Under the pieces are notes generated by a model. The model was not told the origin of the DNA. It searched no databases and saw only the letters and a program-made list of their open reading frames with translations. A stretch of 64,000 nucleotides of DNA, taken from Raillietiella orientalis. Lineage: Eukaryota. The stretch spans positions 1,116,001 to 1,180,000 of the forward strand of contig JAYWIR010000045.1 in the NCBI GenBank assembly GCA_036172245.1. The letters are read 5' to 3'. Every line of letters begins with the position of its first letter. Position 1 is the first letter of the stretch. Positions 33,001 to 48,100 of this stretch are shown piece by piece. The translations under genes were made by a program, and so were the position numbers.

Positions 33001-33500
33001 AGCTCCAAGCCCTTCTGGATTCATAGGGCGGACCCCATCCCGGGGTGCCTCCTATCCTGAAAAATTACACGCCCCCCTGAGGATTGTCGCAGGGGAGTGG
33101 CGTGGAAGCTAAACCGTGTGTTTACAGAGCCACGTGTGCCGCGAGACACGCGACCGGCTCTTGAGGTACTTAGTGCACGACCCTGAAACTCTTTCCTCGC
33201 TCGTTCCGGGGTGAAGGCATCCGAGTGTCCGTGTGCACCCAAATGTCCACTTGACTCAGAGAGAGAGAAAGCCTTCAAGAGCTAAACTGATCGAAATCAG
33301 GCTTTCCGAAACCCCAACACTGCCTCGCGACTTATTGTCCTGCCGATGTATCCTAGTCGCGATTCAGGCGCCGTTTCCTGCAAGGATGTCCGAAAGACAG
33401 TTCTTAGCCAATCTGAACACGCAAAGATAACTGAAGGAAGCTGCAGAAGCTGAGCTCCTGTCCCGCTTTTGTCTGCTACTCCTCGCTGGCCACGAAGGCT
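30060..33500 (-). mobile_element. Decayed RNase H-containing LINE ORF2, interrupted by a repeat insertion
   Basis: In order on the minus strand: endonuclease-like GHLGAH...QGRAL (33021-33278), RT-like GNFLPGRS...AALSFCD (31785-31985), LHHAAYSS...PIQRS (30943-31125), RNase H-like LRWVSQG (30438-30638), PQCGDS zinc knuckle (30232-30414), then a pyrimidine-rich 3' UTR. GC content is well above the host background. Confidence 0.55.
32700..33173 (+). repeat. Dispersed repeat copy B with internal CCCTTCGGAGA subrepeats
   Basis: Homologous to 25722-25943 (inverted). CTTCGG occurs at 32740, 32835, 32885 and 32926, and the copy ends TCTTGAGGTACTTAG at 33173. Confidence 0.8.
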
Positions 33501-36500
33501 GTTTCAATTACATTCCCCAAGCATCGAGGCTACCCATACAGGGAGGCATGTTGAACCGAATCTCTTGTAAAAGAAAAAAAAAAAAATTTGGAGGGGTCTG
33601 CGATCAATCCAAAGACCTTTCTATCTTTTGTGAAAAACTTTACTCCGTTCGCAGTCGTGGTGAAACCTGGGATTTAAAAAAATAGCCTGAGATACGTGCA
33701 GACATGGATACAAGGAATCCTAAGACAGTGGAGATCCAAAACATTCGAATTTTTTGAACAACCTGGAAAGAAAAAAAAATTTTTTTCTGTAAATGTTCCA
33801 TTTCTAGCATGCAAGAATCCGTATAATTGGAAGCAAGACAAGCTGAAAAGGTTGGCGACTCCTATTAGTGCGACTACAAAATGCCAGTGACCAGTGCTCA
33901 TTACGAATGTAAGGTTACTAAGAAGATGAGTTTTGCAGACAACAACTCAGTGAATTCTTACAAATTCGAAATAGTATGAACCTTTTGCTGTGAATGTAAG
34001 ACTGAACGGGGATGGAGATAAATCGTTTAATGTAAATAGCAAAGGGAAGACAAACACCAGGCAAATCGCTTAAACCCTTTTACCGGAAAAAAAATTCTCA
34101 ACTCTCGCTTACCTTTGCTCATAAATTTCCTAATGTTAAGTGCTTACATGTTCTATGGAGATGGAGCTGTTATTTCAAATTCTTCTTCCACTATAAAATG
34201 CCATCTAGAAAATTCCGATCCAGTTTGAAAAGGGCACACTACAAGTTGACGTGTGTTCCTACATTAACTGTGAAATTTCCTAAGCTAAGTCTGTCATCAT
34301 TTTTCGCAGTCTACGTTAGAAAGTGCTCTGGAAATTAATGGCTAATATCTACCACAACTACTCACGTGCTGCCTATTATGTGCGGGTATTACGTTAAATG
34401 CCTTCACAGAGTTTTAGGACTGGAGGTACGTAGAGCGAAATATGTAATAGGAAGTTACATCGAGGACTGCAGGATTGCTTCAGCTGCTTTCATGGAACTA
34501 AAACAAACTTTTTTTCATATTTCGTTTACTTTGAGAAAGTTAGTTTGCAATCTCATGACCAGATTCCATCGGAGGTTCGAAAGAACAAGACGATGCACAG
34601 ACGCAACCGTTTCAAAGAATTCTATTAGAATTTAATGTCAAAGACATGAATTGTTCCATTTTGCAAAAAGGGTACCGACCTCTCTTGAAAATGTTGATTG
34701 AATTATTTAAGAAAAGAATGCTCTGTCCTGTGGAGATCGACCAAGAAATTCTAATCTGTTTCATATTTATCCTGTAATATCATCTGCTGAATTATCGTGA
34801 CATTATGACATGTAAGCTCAATTGCATATTTCATAAGTATGATTGATATCTATATGAGTTACTACACTACAATCTAATACTTCCTACGACCTCTGTATAA
34901 AAATTATATCTTATCATCTTCTAACCTTTCAATTAGGGGTCTGCTCTATTCAGGCGTTAAATATTTAGAAAGTACTTAATGGAATGAAATTACTACTGTT
35001 CACCTTTTTGGTCAGTATGGAAAAGCAAAACCCAACAAAAGTCACTTATTTTTTGAAACCTACACATCTTTTATCTTACGTGAAAAGAAGAAATATATGT
35101 TATTTAGGTACGAAATCAATCCAGTTAGTTCAATGCAAAAATATGTCTTTGAAAATAATACACATAAAATAAAATGAATAACAAAATACAGAAGCATTCG
35201 CTTGAAGAAGACATGTTAAAAGTAAAAGGAACTTCTGATAAGCTTTTTTCCTTCTCTTTCTCAAGCTCGATCTGATATGCAAATGCGTCTTTATTTCATA
35301 TAATACTTTGCATAATACAGATACGCCCTTAGGAAATGAGGAGATCTCTTGTAGTGATTCAGAAGAGATGCCCCGCAGAGCGCTTTCTTTATGCATTTGA
35401 CTAAAAAGTACTGACTGTTTGTTCTCTTACATGGATGAAAGTAACTTAATATTATTTAGAATTTATTTGACATTTTTTGGATCACCACTTGAATTCATTG
35501 TGAGTTTTGTTTGAAAATTTTTCTCTATATAATGAGAGCTAATGCTACCGCCTTAAGTGTTTCATGAATGTTCGTCTTAAAACTCTAACGAACACGAAAG
35601 AATTAAAAGGAACGAATCCGATAATAATTGGTGCTTAGAAAAAAGAGGTGGCCTCTTTTCAAAGTAAGGATTATTTTTTAGAAGCTTAACATCATTTGAA
35701 CGCATTTACGTGATGTTCTTTTGCTCAGCAATAACCATGAAACACAGACATATAGCGATATTCGAAAATGGTTTAGAACTGAACGAGGTGCATTTTATGT
35801 GGGATGCGGATTTGATATGGAACCCTCACAAATGGCAACGCAAATCCAAATGGAACGGTCTTAGTGATCACATGTGTTACTAAAACATTCAACTGTTGCT
35901 TTGGGCTGCTAGATGTGCTTTATCCCTACTATTTCACTATTACCTATCCCTGTTTTTTTTTGCATGGTATGATACTTTAGATGACTTCTAATACTCCTAA
36001 GTACTCTTGCATCTTGATTGATTTGAGGGAATTTTGGATTCAAAGTAGAGTTTCCATTAACTGTTGGAGAATGCAGTTTGTCGATAAAGTTACTTTCGAA
36101 TACAGTTACTAACAAATTATGGCATTAGAAAAAAAAAATACAATCTAGTTCATAACGAAAATAACCTGCTGAAGAAAAAAGTTCTCAATATTTGAAAACA
36201 TGATTAATGAAATTTGTTAATTATTGATTTTCTGCGTCTGGATTAGTTTTCATTTAACCAGTTAACATTCCATGCAACTGATTAATTCATTTGCTTACCA
36301 AAATTGTATGAGTAATAGCAGAGTACCGCTTTAGCCGGAAGGGTAATTGCTTGTTTTCCAATGAATTACCGACTTTCAGCATTGGTCTCCTACCGACTTT
36401 GGACTTTGGAGTTTTGTTGTGTTTATTATTTTTAGCTTTTTTCACAATGGATTATGGAATTGTGATTTTCTAATACATTTTCGAATCAATGGTCTTGTAG

Positions 36501-37659
36501 TTTGGTTCTGCAAATCAAGAGATTGTTTCGCAATATCGGAACCAGTACTTATCCTTCATAGTTTTTTAGTGTATGATGTTTTAGGTGCATTAGTCATTAT
36601 TGTCAACGCATTATCTTTGATAATTTTAAGCATCTATCCTTTGCATGAGAAAAGACCAAATTTCTAGGAAATGAAAGACTCAACATTACTTAAATTTAAT
36701 TAATCGAAATGTAGTATGAAAAATTCTGGCAATGAATGCGATTGAAGTACAGGTATTTACAATATAGAATGCAAATTCTCTTGCATTGTAGTAGATTTCA
36801 TTTGCTGGTTGAACGGAGTAGTAAGAGTAACAAAAATCGGAATATTCGGGTATATAATCGGATAATTGTATTATTTTGGACATTGCAAATCTTACTAATT
36901 CCTGGTTTACTAGTTAAAGCAAGGTAGTTTTCTTGTTCCTTAGATATTGCGACTCAGTTGACTGTTGTATTTTGGGTTACATTAATTATTTTGGGACACA
37001 GCAGTGTCAGGTAGTTGTAGTTGTGAGAGATTTCGACCGAATTCTCAAAATTACTTGAATTGATTTTAGTGATAATAATGAAAGTGATATTTAAAAAATT
37101 TGCTTATGCGTTACAGTTAAGATTCCCCCTTTTTTTTAACTATAAAGTTTTTGTTTGGTTACAAACTATTTGAAACTATTTGAACATTTTAATAGTTACA
37201 CGTTATGAGTTTCGGTTTTGAGCTTTCTTTAGCTTTCATGTATATATTAATTGCACAGTTTTTCGAAAATTTTTGTAATAAGAAGTTGAAAGGGATTTCA
37301 TTACATGATTATTATAATCTTTGAATGTGTATTTGATTTACTTGTGTTACATTATTGTAATGGAATTGATAATGAAAGTCAAGAACTACTGTAAATCATG
37401 TTTGTGGCATTTCTTTTGAGGATATAAATAATTTGATGTGTATATTTTGTCATTGACACACTGTTGCCTTTATGTAGATTGGGACTGAATATTATATAAT
37501 CAAAGAATCTGTCTGTCTAATGGATAGTTATTCAGAGTTAAACTTTCCACCAAGTGGAGATTCCAGTAATGGAATAGTTGAGAGGAGATGACTCTATTGA
37601 TTTTCTCTTATCATTGAAACATATGTTTCATACTCTTAGAAATTTACATCTACATCCAT

Positions 37660-40092
<2,433 letters not shown>

Positions 40093-40145
40093 CCTGTTCA
40101 ATGCCCCATTCTACTATTTCCTCCTAGCACTTGTCTTTATTGGAA

Positions 40146-43100
40146 TCATACTCCAAACCGTTGTTCTGAATGAGCATAATGGTTCAGTGCAGTCAAGAAG
40201 TGATGCAATTGCAGGCAGTGATGTGTGGGCAGAAAGCTACAAGATAATCATATGAATGCATGTGCTGCAATTTCTTAAGACACACATTATCTCAGTGAGT
40301 CGGATGTGCCATGGTAGGAATCCTCCTAAAGAGTTGGGGCCACCAAATTTTAGAAGCAACTGTGGTTCTGGAAGTCCACTAGCTTTCTGAACATATGAAT
40401 CCATGCTAGCTTGTTGTATACTAGTTAACCCTGAACTGTTAGCAGTTTTGCAAGCTGTTTTAACAGCATCCACTATGTGCCTCCTACAATCTGTGGGTCC
40501 AAGTAAAGTTACCTGAATGCTATTTTCTGCAATTCGCACAGTTGGCAAACTGATACAACCTTGCACACCTACTCAAGAAAAGAAAATTAAAAATAACTGA
40601 AATGAATTAAAGCATAAAAATGTCAAATTTACATTGTGTAAACAATAAAAGTTTCTATTTTTCTCTTACTTAAATTGTCCATTTCCTTAGCAATAAATTC
40701 CTGTAACTGCTGAGAATGGTGCTTTATGATACCTAAAACACAGAAATAATGATTCACAGTAACACATATACTTATTCCAAAACTTAGAATTATGCAGACA
40801 AGAATTAAAAAATGCACCTAAAGTTATTGTGCAATCTTTCCTTATATGTTTTGTTACCAATCTCTTTAAGAACATAAAATCAATCACTTTCGTGGTTTTT
40901 TAAAAGAGCCTATTACAATCTAATCCACCTTAGCACATAAAATTTCTAAATAAGTTACATTATACTTTCTAGCAGTCTGATTATGTCTTGTAATTTAATA
41001 AAAGTTTCAACAGTTCCATTAAAACATCAAAATATATGGCATGTAGCTGCAATAGACTAAGTGATCTGATCATGGCATTGCACAGCAAATGTTCCACTTG
41101 AAGAAATTTTGGGAAACATTATTTTACAAAATTTCTTTAAAACATTTGGTTTCAATAAATATAAACATTAAATAATTGTAATACTTAATCGTACTGAGGT
41201 AAAATACTTATATGCACAATCAAAACATGAATTCACAAATTGCTGCTGTACAATATTTTAATAAAACCTATGTAAATAACATTTCTTTATTTACAAAGAT
41301 CAACAAAATCACTTTAATCATCTTCATTCACCCTTTGATTTTCCTTTCAGCAACAACATATTGTGACTATGCAATCCTCTTTACTGAGCAGCTAGGCAGC
41401 TGCCTGCCCAAGGCTCTTCATTTGCAATATAATCTACCACATGCCCTGTGTGCAAACTAAAATACTTTTCCATCCCAATTGGATTGGAGCTACTTGCTGT
41501 TTTGGATCCATTTTTTCTTACTCTCATTTGCCTTCTCACAATACTGTTCAGATAAATCCGATAAATGCTACTTTTGGCAAGTTGGAGATTTCTTGAAATA
41601 CAGTTGCATCAGATAATCTGCAAATCTGTTAACAATTTTACAAATTGAGTACTTCGAAGACCGATAATAAAATAATTGGTAGCTAAAGTATCCACCCAGA
41701 ATCTTTTGAAGCTCTGGACTCCCAGTCAACACATACAGTTGAGACTTTTGGAAATACAAGACAAGAATTACTACAGCTCGTGTTAGATGTTAATGGGAAT
41801 CACAATGGTATAAACTTTAATGAAGCAGATAATTTCCTAGTCGGAGATTGCTTTATAGAAGTTGTGCTGCCTTATGCACCAGCTAAACACATGGACTACC
41901 CATTGGAGAGTTATCTTCTCACAATGTGATGTTAACATGTTAATCTGTCAACATAAGCACATTTCTCACCAGGTACTTCATCATACTTTTAACAAGAAAA
42001 TACTCCACTGAGATGACTACTATCTGTGCTCTCTGGAAGATTTCGCCTAAAAGAAGCAAATTCTTTAAATTCTTTGTTTCCAATTTAAAATTTGCACAGC
42101 ATTTGGATTTGTAGCCTTTTCTAACACAAGTTCTGCATTTTGCCAACATGTGCCCAAAAACTAAAACAAGATGAAGTGCTGATTAGAACACTAACTCCAT
42201 AAGGATTTTCATCTCAGCATGTGATTACTGAATTCTTGTCTTGTGAATACCAAAGATTTTCCTCTGGCATGTAAGGCTTTGACTGCATAACAGTTACTGA
42301 CTTTCCATTCTCCTGATCTACATTTTTTTCTTTTCTGGCTTCTTACACCATGTAATGAAAACTTATCCTCATTCTTTACACCCTATGTTCTCATTAGAAC
42401 CTTCGAATGTTGCTGAATTTGCTTGTCTTTGCATACAAAAAACAATTAAATACATGTAATGCCCTTAGCCTTAAATCCACAAAGTACGATCTTAGCTAAA
42501 TTCAATATTCTCACTTTACTATTCCAACTTGCATCAAGTCATTCATTTCACTATTTTAAACTAATGAAGTAACACTTTATGATACTCACTTTTAACCATT
42601 TTTAACTAAATCATTTTAATTGTCATCTGACTATTGTTACCCTTTTAATTGCTCATGTAACAGCACACTGCACACCACTCAGTTTCCTGTATATATCATG
42701 GCCTACTTATTTATTTTAAAAGGAATGCCAAAACTTTTATCATGAAAATATGGAATCCTGCACTACAATTTAATGTAACAAACACAGTGTCAAAGACACA
42801 CTGTTAAAAACACCAACTTATCATTGTTTGCAACCAAAAATTAGTTTATCAACAAAATATCTGGCATGTCTGCTGTTAATCCTATTGGCTGCCTAAAAGG
42901 CTGAATTGAACAACCCTGATGCAAAAATATACATGTTGCAACCATATTGTGCACTATTTGTAAGAAGGCATTTAATTTTTCATGTTACACAACTTCCACT
43001 TCGTGGTATTCGATGTTTATAATTTTAATCAATTTTCCCAACAAGGCTCTACATCACACATTAATATGATTTCACTGTAGGTGAATGAATCTTGATTATC

Positions 43101-45191
43101 TAAGACAAGATGACTGGTAAAAATTGACTTGAGAAAACATACACTCATATTTTCACAACTTCTTTCTTAAAACTGACACCGACACATCTATCATTACTTA
43201 AAACAGATGAAATTAAGCTAGTAATAATTATAGTATAAGTTTCGAAAGGGTAAATGCAGAAACCTATTAGGAAGTGTAGAATGATGCAATTAAAATGTAA
43301 AAATGGAGATGAAGATGTGAGCATACGTTGCTTCTTCTTCAATAAATCCTCTATTTCAAGGTCACTCTCATTTTGAAATTGTTTTGAATTTCTTTTAAAC
43401 ATCAACTGAGTGCCTTTATGAAATTAAAAAATGGAATTAATTACCAAAAAAAAGTCATGCAAGAGATATTCATAAGTATCAACTGATTACTTGAGAAAAT
43501 GAATTTCCTTATTGTTTTTTAAAAGTACTACTACTCATAACTTTAGAGGATGATACTTTTATGTAATTTTTCAAATCTATTCATAATCAATTATCGACAA
43601 ATTCTAGTTTCATTGAAGAGTATCCATGAATTCAATTTGAACACATAAAATAGCATTGTTCAAACAATTCTCTAAAGACGTGTGAATAATTTCTAAAAGA
43701 ATTATGAGGGAAACGAATCATGGAGAGGGCGGCTCCACACAAAATCGAGCACAAGCATTAGGTCCTGCTAAAGCAAAATGGTCTTTGCTTTTACACAGTC
43801 ACAAAAAAACTATTCTTATAAATAAGCAATAAATGACAAATAAACCAGATTCCATCAAAAAAATTTTCATTAGCTAAACAAGTTTATAATAAAGTAACCT
43901 AAAAACAAATCATAAGTTCACCGATTATTGCTATAAAGGTGACCTGAAATACAGATTATTTTATTTACTTGAGCACATGCAGTTTCACACGCAATTAGTA
44001 CTTGTGCTTTGAACAAAACCTACAGCACTAGATGCAAGCAATCAATATTTAAACCAAATTTCCAAATGGAGTGGCTTAGACGCAAATTCCTGGCGAAAGA
44101 AATTTTCATTGGGAATATATGCCTTGATTTCATTGAAATCTGATTATTCATAACATTATGCCCATTATGCCCATTTACAAATTGAATTTCTATTAATGAG
44201 CTAATGTGCTGAAGCTCGGAATCATTGAAATCAAAACTGAAATACTCAATAAAACAAATATCAGCTTAACTAATTCGTTCTTTCTTAAATTTCCAACAAC
44301 AATAATGATGAATATGTTTCCATTTCATTGCTTTCTACAAGCACTACAATATTAAAACACCAAAATAATACTACGAAAATACTTAATTTTATTTTTCCTT
44401 TCCAATTATTTCCCATTTTCCAAACCATTTCAGTGACCAATTGTGAATGAACATCACATGTTCGTGACAATACCTTCAGAATACTTTCCAACTTTCAGTC
44501 ATTTCATATTGGAATACATTCACATATGGAAACAGTAATCTACGATTTCTTATTTCATTTCAAGACTGTATTAACATCCTACGAATTCTTAGAATGTCAC
44601 TACTTTTAATACACGACAACACTTCTAATACATGGATTAAGCAGTTATGGACCGTTACTATTCTATTATTGATTTTCTGTGAAAAGAATTTTTTTTCACA
44701 AGTTGTGTATACATCTTATCCCACATTTAATAAAACTGAGCAGTTCACCGTATTGCAATCAATTATTAAAGAAAACAAGCACCAAGGAAACTGAGATCTT
44801 TAAAAGGTTAATAAAGTGACCACTTACCATTGACATCATACAATGTAAGAAATTTTATTCTGAAATTTAAAGACCATATCACCAATTTGGCAATGTCGAT
44901 AAATGATATGCTTTCATGTAATATAATAACTGCCAAATGGAACGGTATTCTAAGATGTTTAAAATGCTTGTTATTTATTTTTAAAATTGATGTGCCATTA
45001 TCACTACCCATATAAGCATGTTGAGATACACTTTCGAAAAAACCTGGCTTGATCGCACTTGATCTTCTATCAATCTTAATAAAATATGATGCTGCCTTCT
45101 GCATACTGATGCTTAATTTTTTACTTGTTTTATAAATTATAATACAGATACACCATATAACAAAAAAAATATTAACTTTTCTTCCATGCAT
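40146..45191 (-). CDS. NUS1: Dehydrodolichyl diphosphate synthase complex subunit NUS1 (Nogo-B receptor); 4 exons, 266 aa
   Basis: Exons 45191-44828, 40732-40670, 40568-40286 and 40236-40146 total 801 nt in frame. Motifs IPFHLAVII, TLYDVNGII, PEPQLLLKFG...GFLPWHIRLTEI and the C-terminal EQRFGV* (RxG motif). Confidence 0.92.
41450..42250 (-). mobile_element. Possible decayed LINE RT fragment inside NUS1 intron 1
   Basis: NFKLETK...VKSMMKYLV (41940-42149) resembles RT domains 6-7 (FKYLG), with LQKILGGY downstream. Weak. Confidence 0.25.
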
Positions 45192-48100
45192 TTTCGTGTT
45201 TCTGAATAAAAATGAAGGTCGGCCCACTGACAGTACACGTCAAATACACTGTACGTACTAGAAAGGATACGAGTTACAGGGGAAACAAAATTCTTTGACA
45301 TGTGAATCGATTATACTATAAGTTAAAAACAGTTAACACATCACACGTATACCTACAAACAGCATGAGTATTAAAACCTTATGGCATGCACCTACAATTG
45401 CAGGATTTTCTAACGAGGCACAGCCGCCTGCTAGAAAACCTCAAAACGAATTATCAAAGGCATTCTGCGGCATGGAAATGAAAACTGCCGCCGCCAGTCG
45501 GCAGGCGGCAACGTGCACCACGGAGTGGCCGGGACGCACGAAACGACACCGCCATGCAGGCCTGCCAACGCCCTCCGCCTTCCTTGCCCTAACGAGCAAT
45601 CAGGGGGAAATGGTGTTGGGGCTCCCATTTCACAAAACCACCGATCAGTACAAACACAAAACATATAAACTCCATTTATGGAACAGGATGCGAAGCATGG
45701 ACTGGGATCGAAGTTTCCATTTCACTGGCAGCAAGTTCTCGTTTCACGTGAAACAACTCAATTACTTTGATGCAAAAAACTACGGTTTTTTAAACACGCC
45801 ATTCATTCAACTCTACATAGGGTTTTCGAGCCTATTTGAAGTTTTCGGATGCAGCTTCCCTTCGCGCAATTCAGAGAGGATTGGAAACAGGAGTTTTCTC
45901 GAAGAAATATGATACATATACTCCAGGAACACATAAGGTATTGAGAAGTTATCTGTACAGTTCCAGTGCATGAAAATGAAAAACCCACATCGGTATTTGC
46001 AAGTATAGCTATAAACAAATAAGATGCTCCTCTAGAAAAAATGGCATTCGATAGCTAGATCCAGTGATTTCGAAATTATGTCCAAACCAAGAGTTCATAG
46101 GCAGTAAATTCTCTCGATACCTAAAAGCAACCTAAAAATACTTTGCAGCTCCTGGAACAAAAAAAAAATCATTTATACACAACCACATTCTGTGCTGGCG
46201 GTCTCCTTACTTGAGCGGCAGAAAAAAAAACCTCATTCCAGTTCAATCATTTCTTATCGGTAAAAATATATATGTTCTCAAACAACAGAAAATGAGAAAA
46301 CAGATAAATGACCAGCAAGTTTTCTTGACAAAATTACTAATGAAGCGCTAATAAATAGCATTAAATATTTTAATAGAATTTAGAGGATAAGATAAATCCT
46401 TTTACAATTCAGAAACTTTCGTTGTATGCCGTGGATTTACTCATAGATCCTTATCATGAATTATAGAGTATTCTAGAAGTATTACGTATTCCTGAAACAC
46501 TCAAGAAACCTTCGTTTATACCTACATTTCATGAAATATTAATTATCGCCGTGACATACAAGAAAAAGAAAATAAAGATTCGTTCTTTCTTTCAAAGCTC
46601 CTCCATAAAATCATTTTAAAAAAAAAAGTAGTGTAAATATTTTCAATTGCCACAAAACTAGTACTATTCATGATTAAGTGAAAATGCTCGGTTTGGAAAG
46701 TACCTGAGAAAAAGGCGCTCATGGGTTGACTTTTATTTTCGACCAGTTGCACTTCACATTTGCACATTCAAAAGTACTGAGTATTAGAAAATGAGACGGA
46801 AACTTTGGCCTAAACTTTGAGTCTCTACGGGATTTGTTTGGAAGAAGACGCTCGCAAACTTATTCACTATTCACAAACTTTGCCTGTGTTTATTTAAGGG
46901 ATCTCTAGACACTCATTCCTCATGAATATTCAATATATGCTTTCCCTTAGAATACTTTTCCTTGATTTCAACCTCGCAAATTTCTTCGGAAAGAAAATCC
47001 TCGATGGGTTTTTTCTCGTGTTCTACACTGAGTGCAAATACTTCAAATTCTCAGTTGGTGATTCTCATGGGGCTCTATCGTTAGCATCTCCATTGCAGCG
47101 TTCCGTTGGAGGCATTCCCTGCAGTTTTACAAAAAAGAAAAATTTTTGATTCCGGAGCTCCGCTTTTGTGGTTTTCAAATCTTCATTACGTTCTACGTTC
47201 TATTATCTCACGCTACGGCCTACACAGACAACGTTCATTGTCTAGATTATGTGGCAGATGAGAAGAAATGTCTGCCAATAGAGGCGATTGCTTCGATCTT
47301 GCATGTTGTTCGAATAATCTATAGAAGAGCGTTTCCATACGGAGTTTTTACAACCAATAGTCTAAAAACTATAGTTGGTTATCAAAACTGGAAGTTTTAG
47401 CTTGCATCGACATATCTTATTGAATATTGTTTTGTGTATTATTACTTTGTCATGGTTATGCGACTTGGGTAACAATATTACTACATAAACACCCATCCTA
47501 CTTGGAGAGTTGTGTACCCATCCTAAGAAGAAAACCAAAAAGACATAGAAGGTTTTTTGAGGTGTATCTCAGAAGATACAATATTAAATATAACATGAAT
47601 CAGTATCACAGCCTTTATATTTGATTGCTGCAGAGGCTTCTGGATGCATACATAACGATCTTCAACAGTCGATTCATCACGCAATGATCTAAGTTATTGG
47701 TGTTGGATTAGAAAAATCAAGACACAACTGTAATCAGGCCGCTCAGCTCCTGCCCGTTGGTTAGACCATTGAAGTCTTCCTTATATCATTCCGGAAGTGC
47801 AGTGCATTATAAAATAAGTTGGTCGGATCTGATATGAATCTTTTAATCTTCAGCATCACTATAACTTCAACGTAGAGAGGAATGCTATGATTGTTTTCTC
47901 AGGAAAATGGAAAGGTCCTTCGTGACGACCTGCAAATGCTGATTCAGTCATTGAAACGTTGTTTGGTTTGTTACAGAGATGCACGAGAATTTTTTTTGCA
48001 TTTTCACATTTCGATCCCTAAATCTCTGGAAACGAAAATGCTGCTGAATTTCCGAAAAACCACGAAGCCTCCGTCTTTAAGACTGGTTGCTGAAAACGGC

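Noticed and set aside
45364..45912. 182-aa ORF divergent from NUS1
   Set aside because: No recognisable motif or splice structure. Probably a GC-rich promoter or repeat patch.
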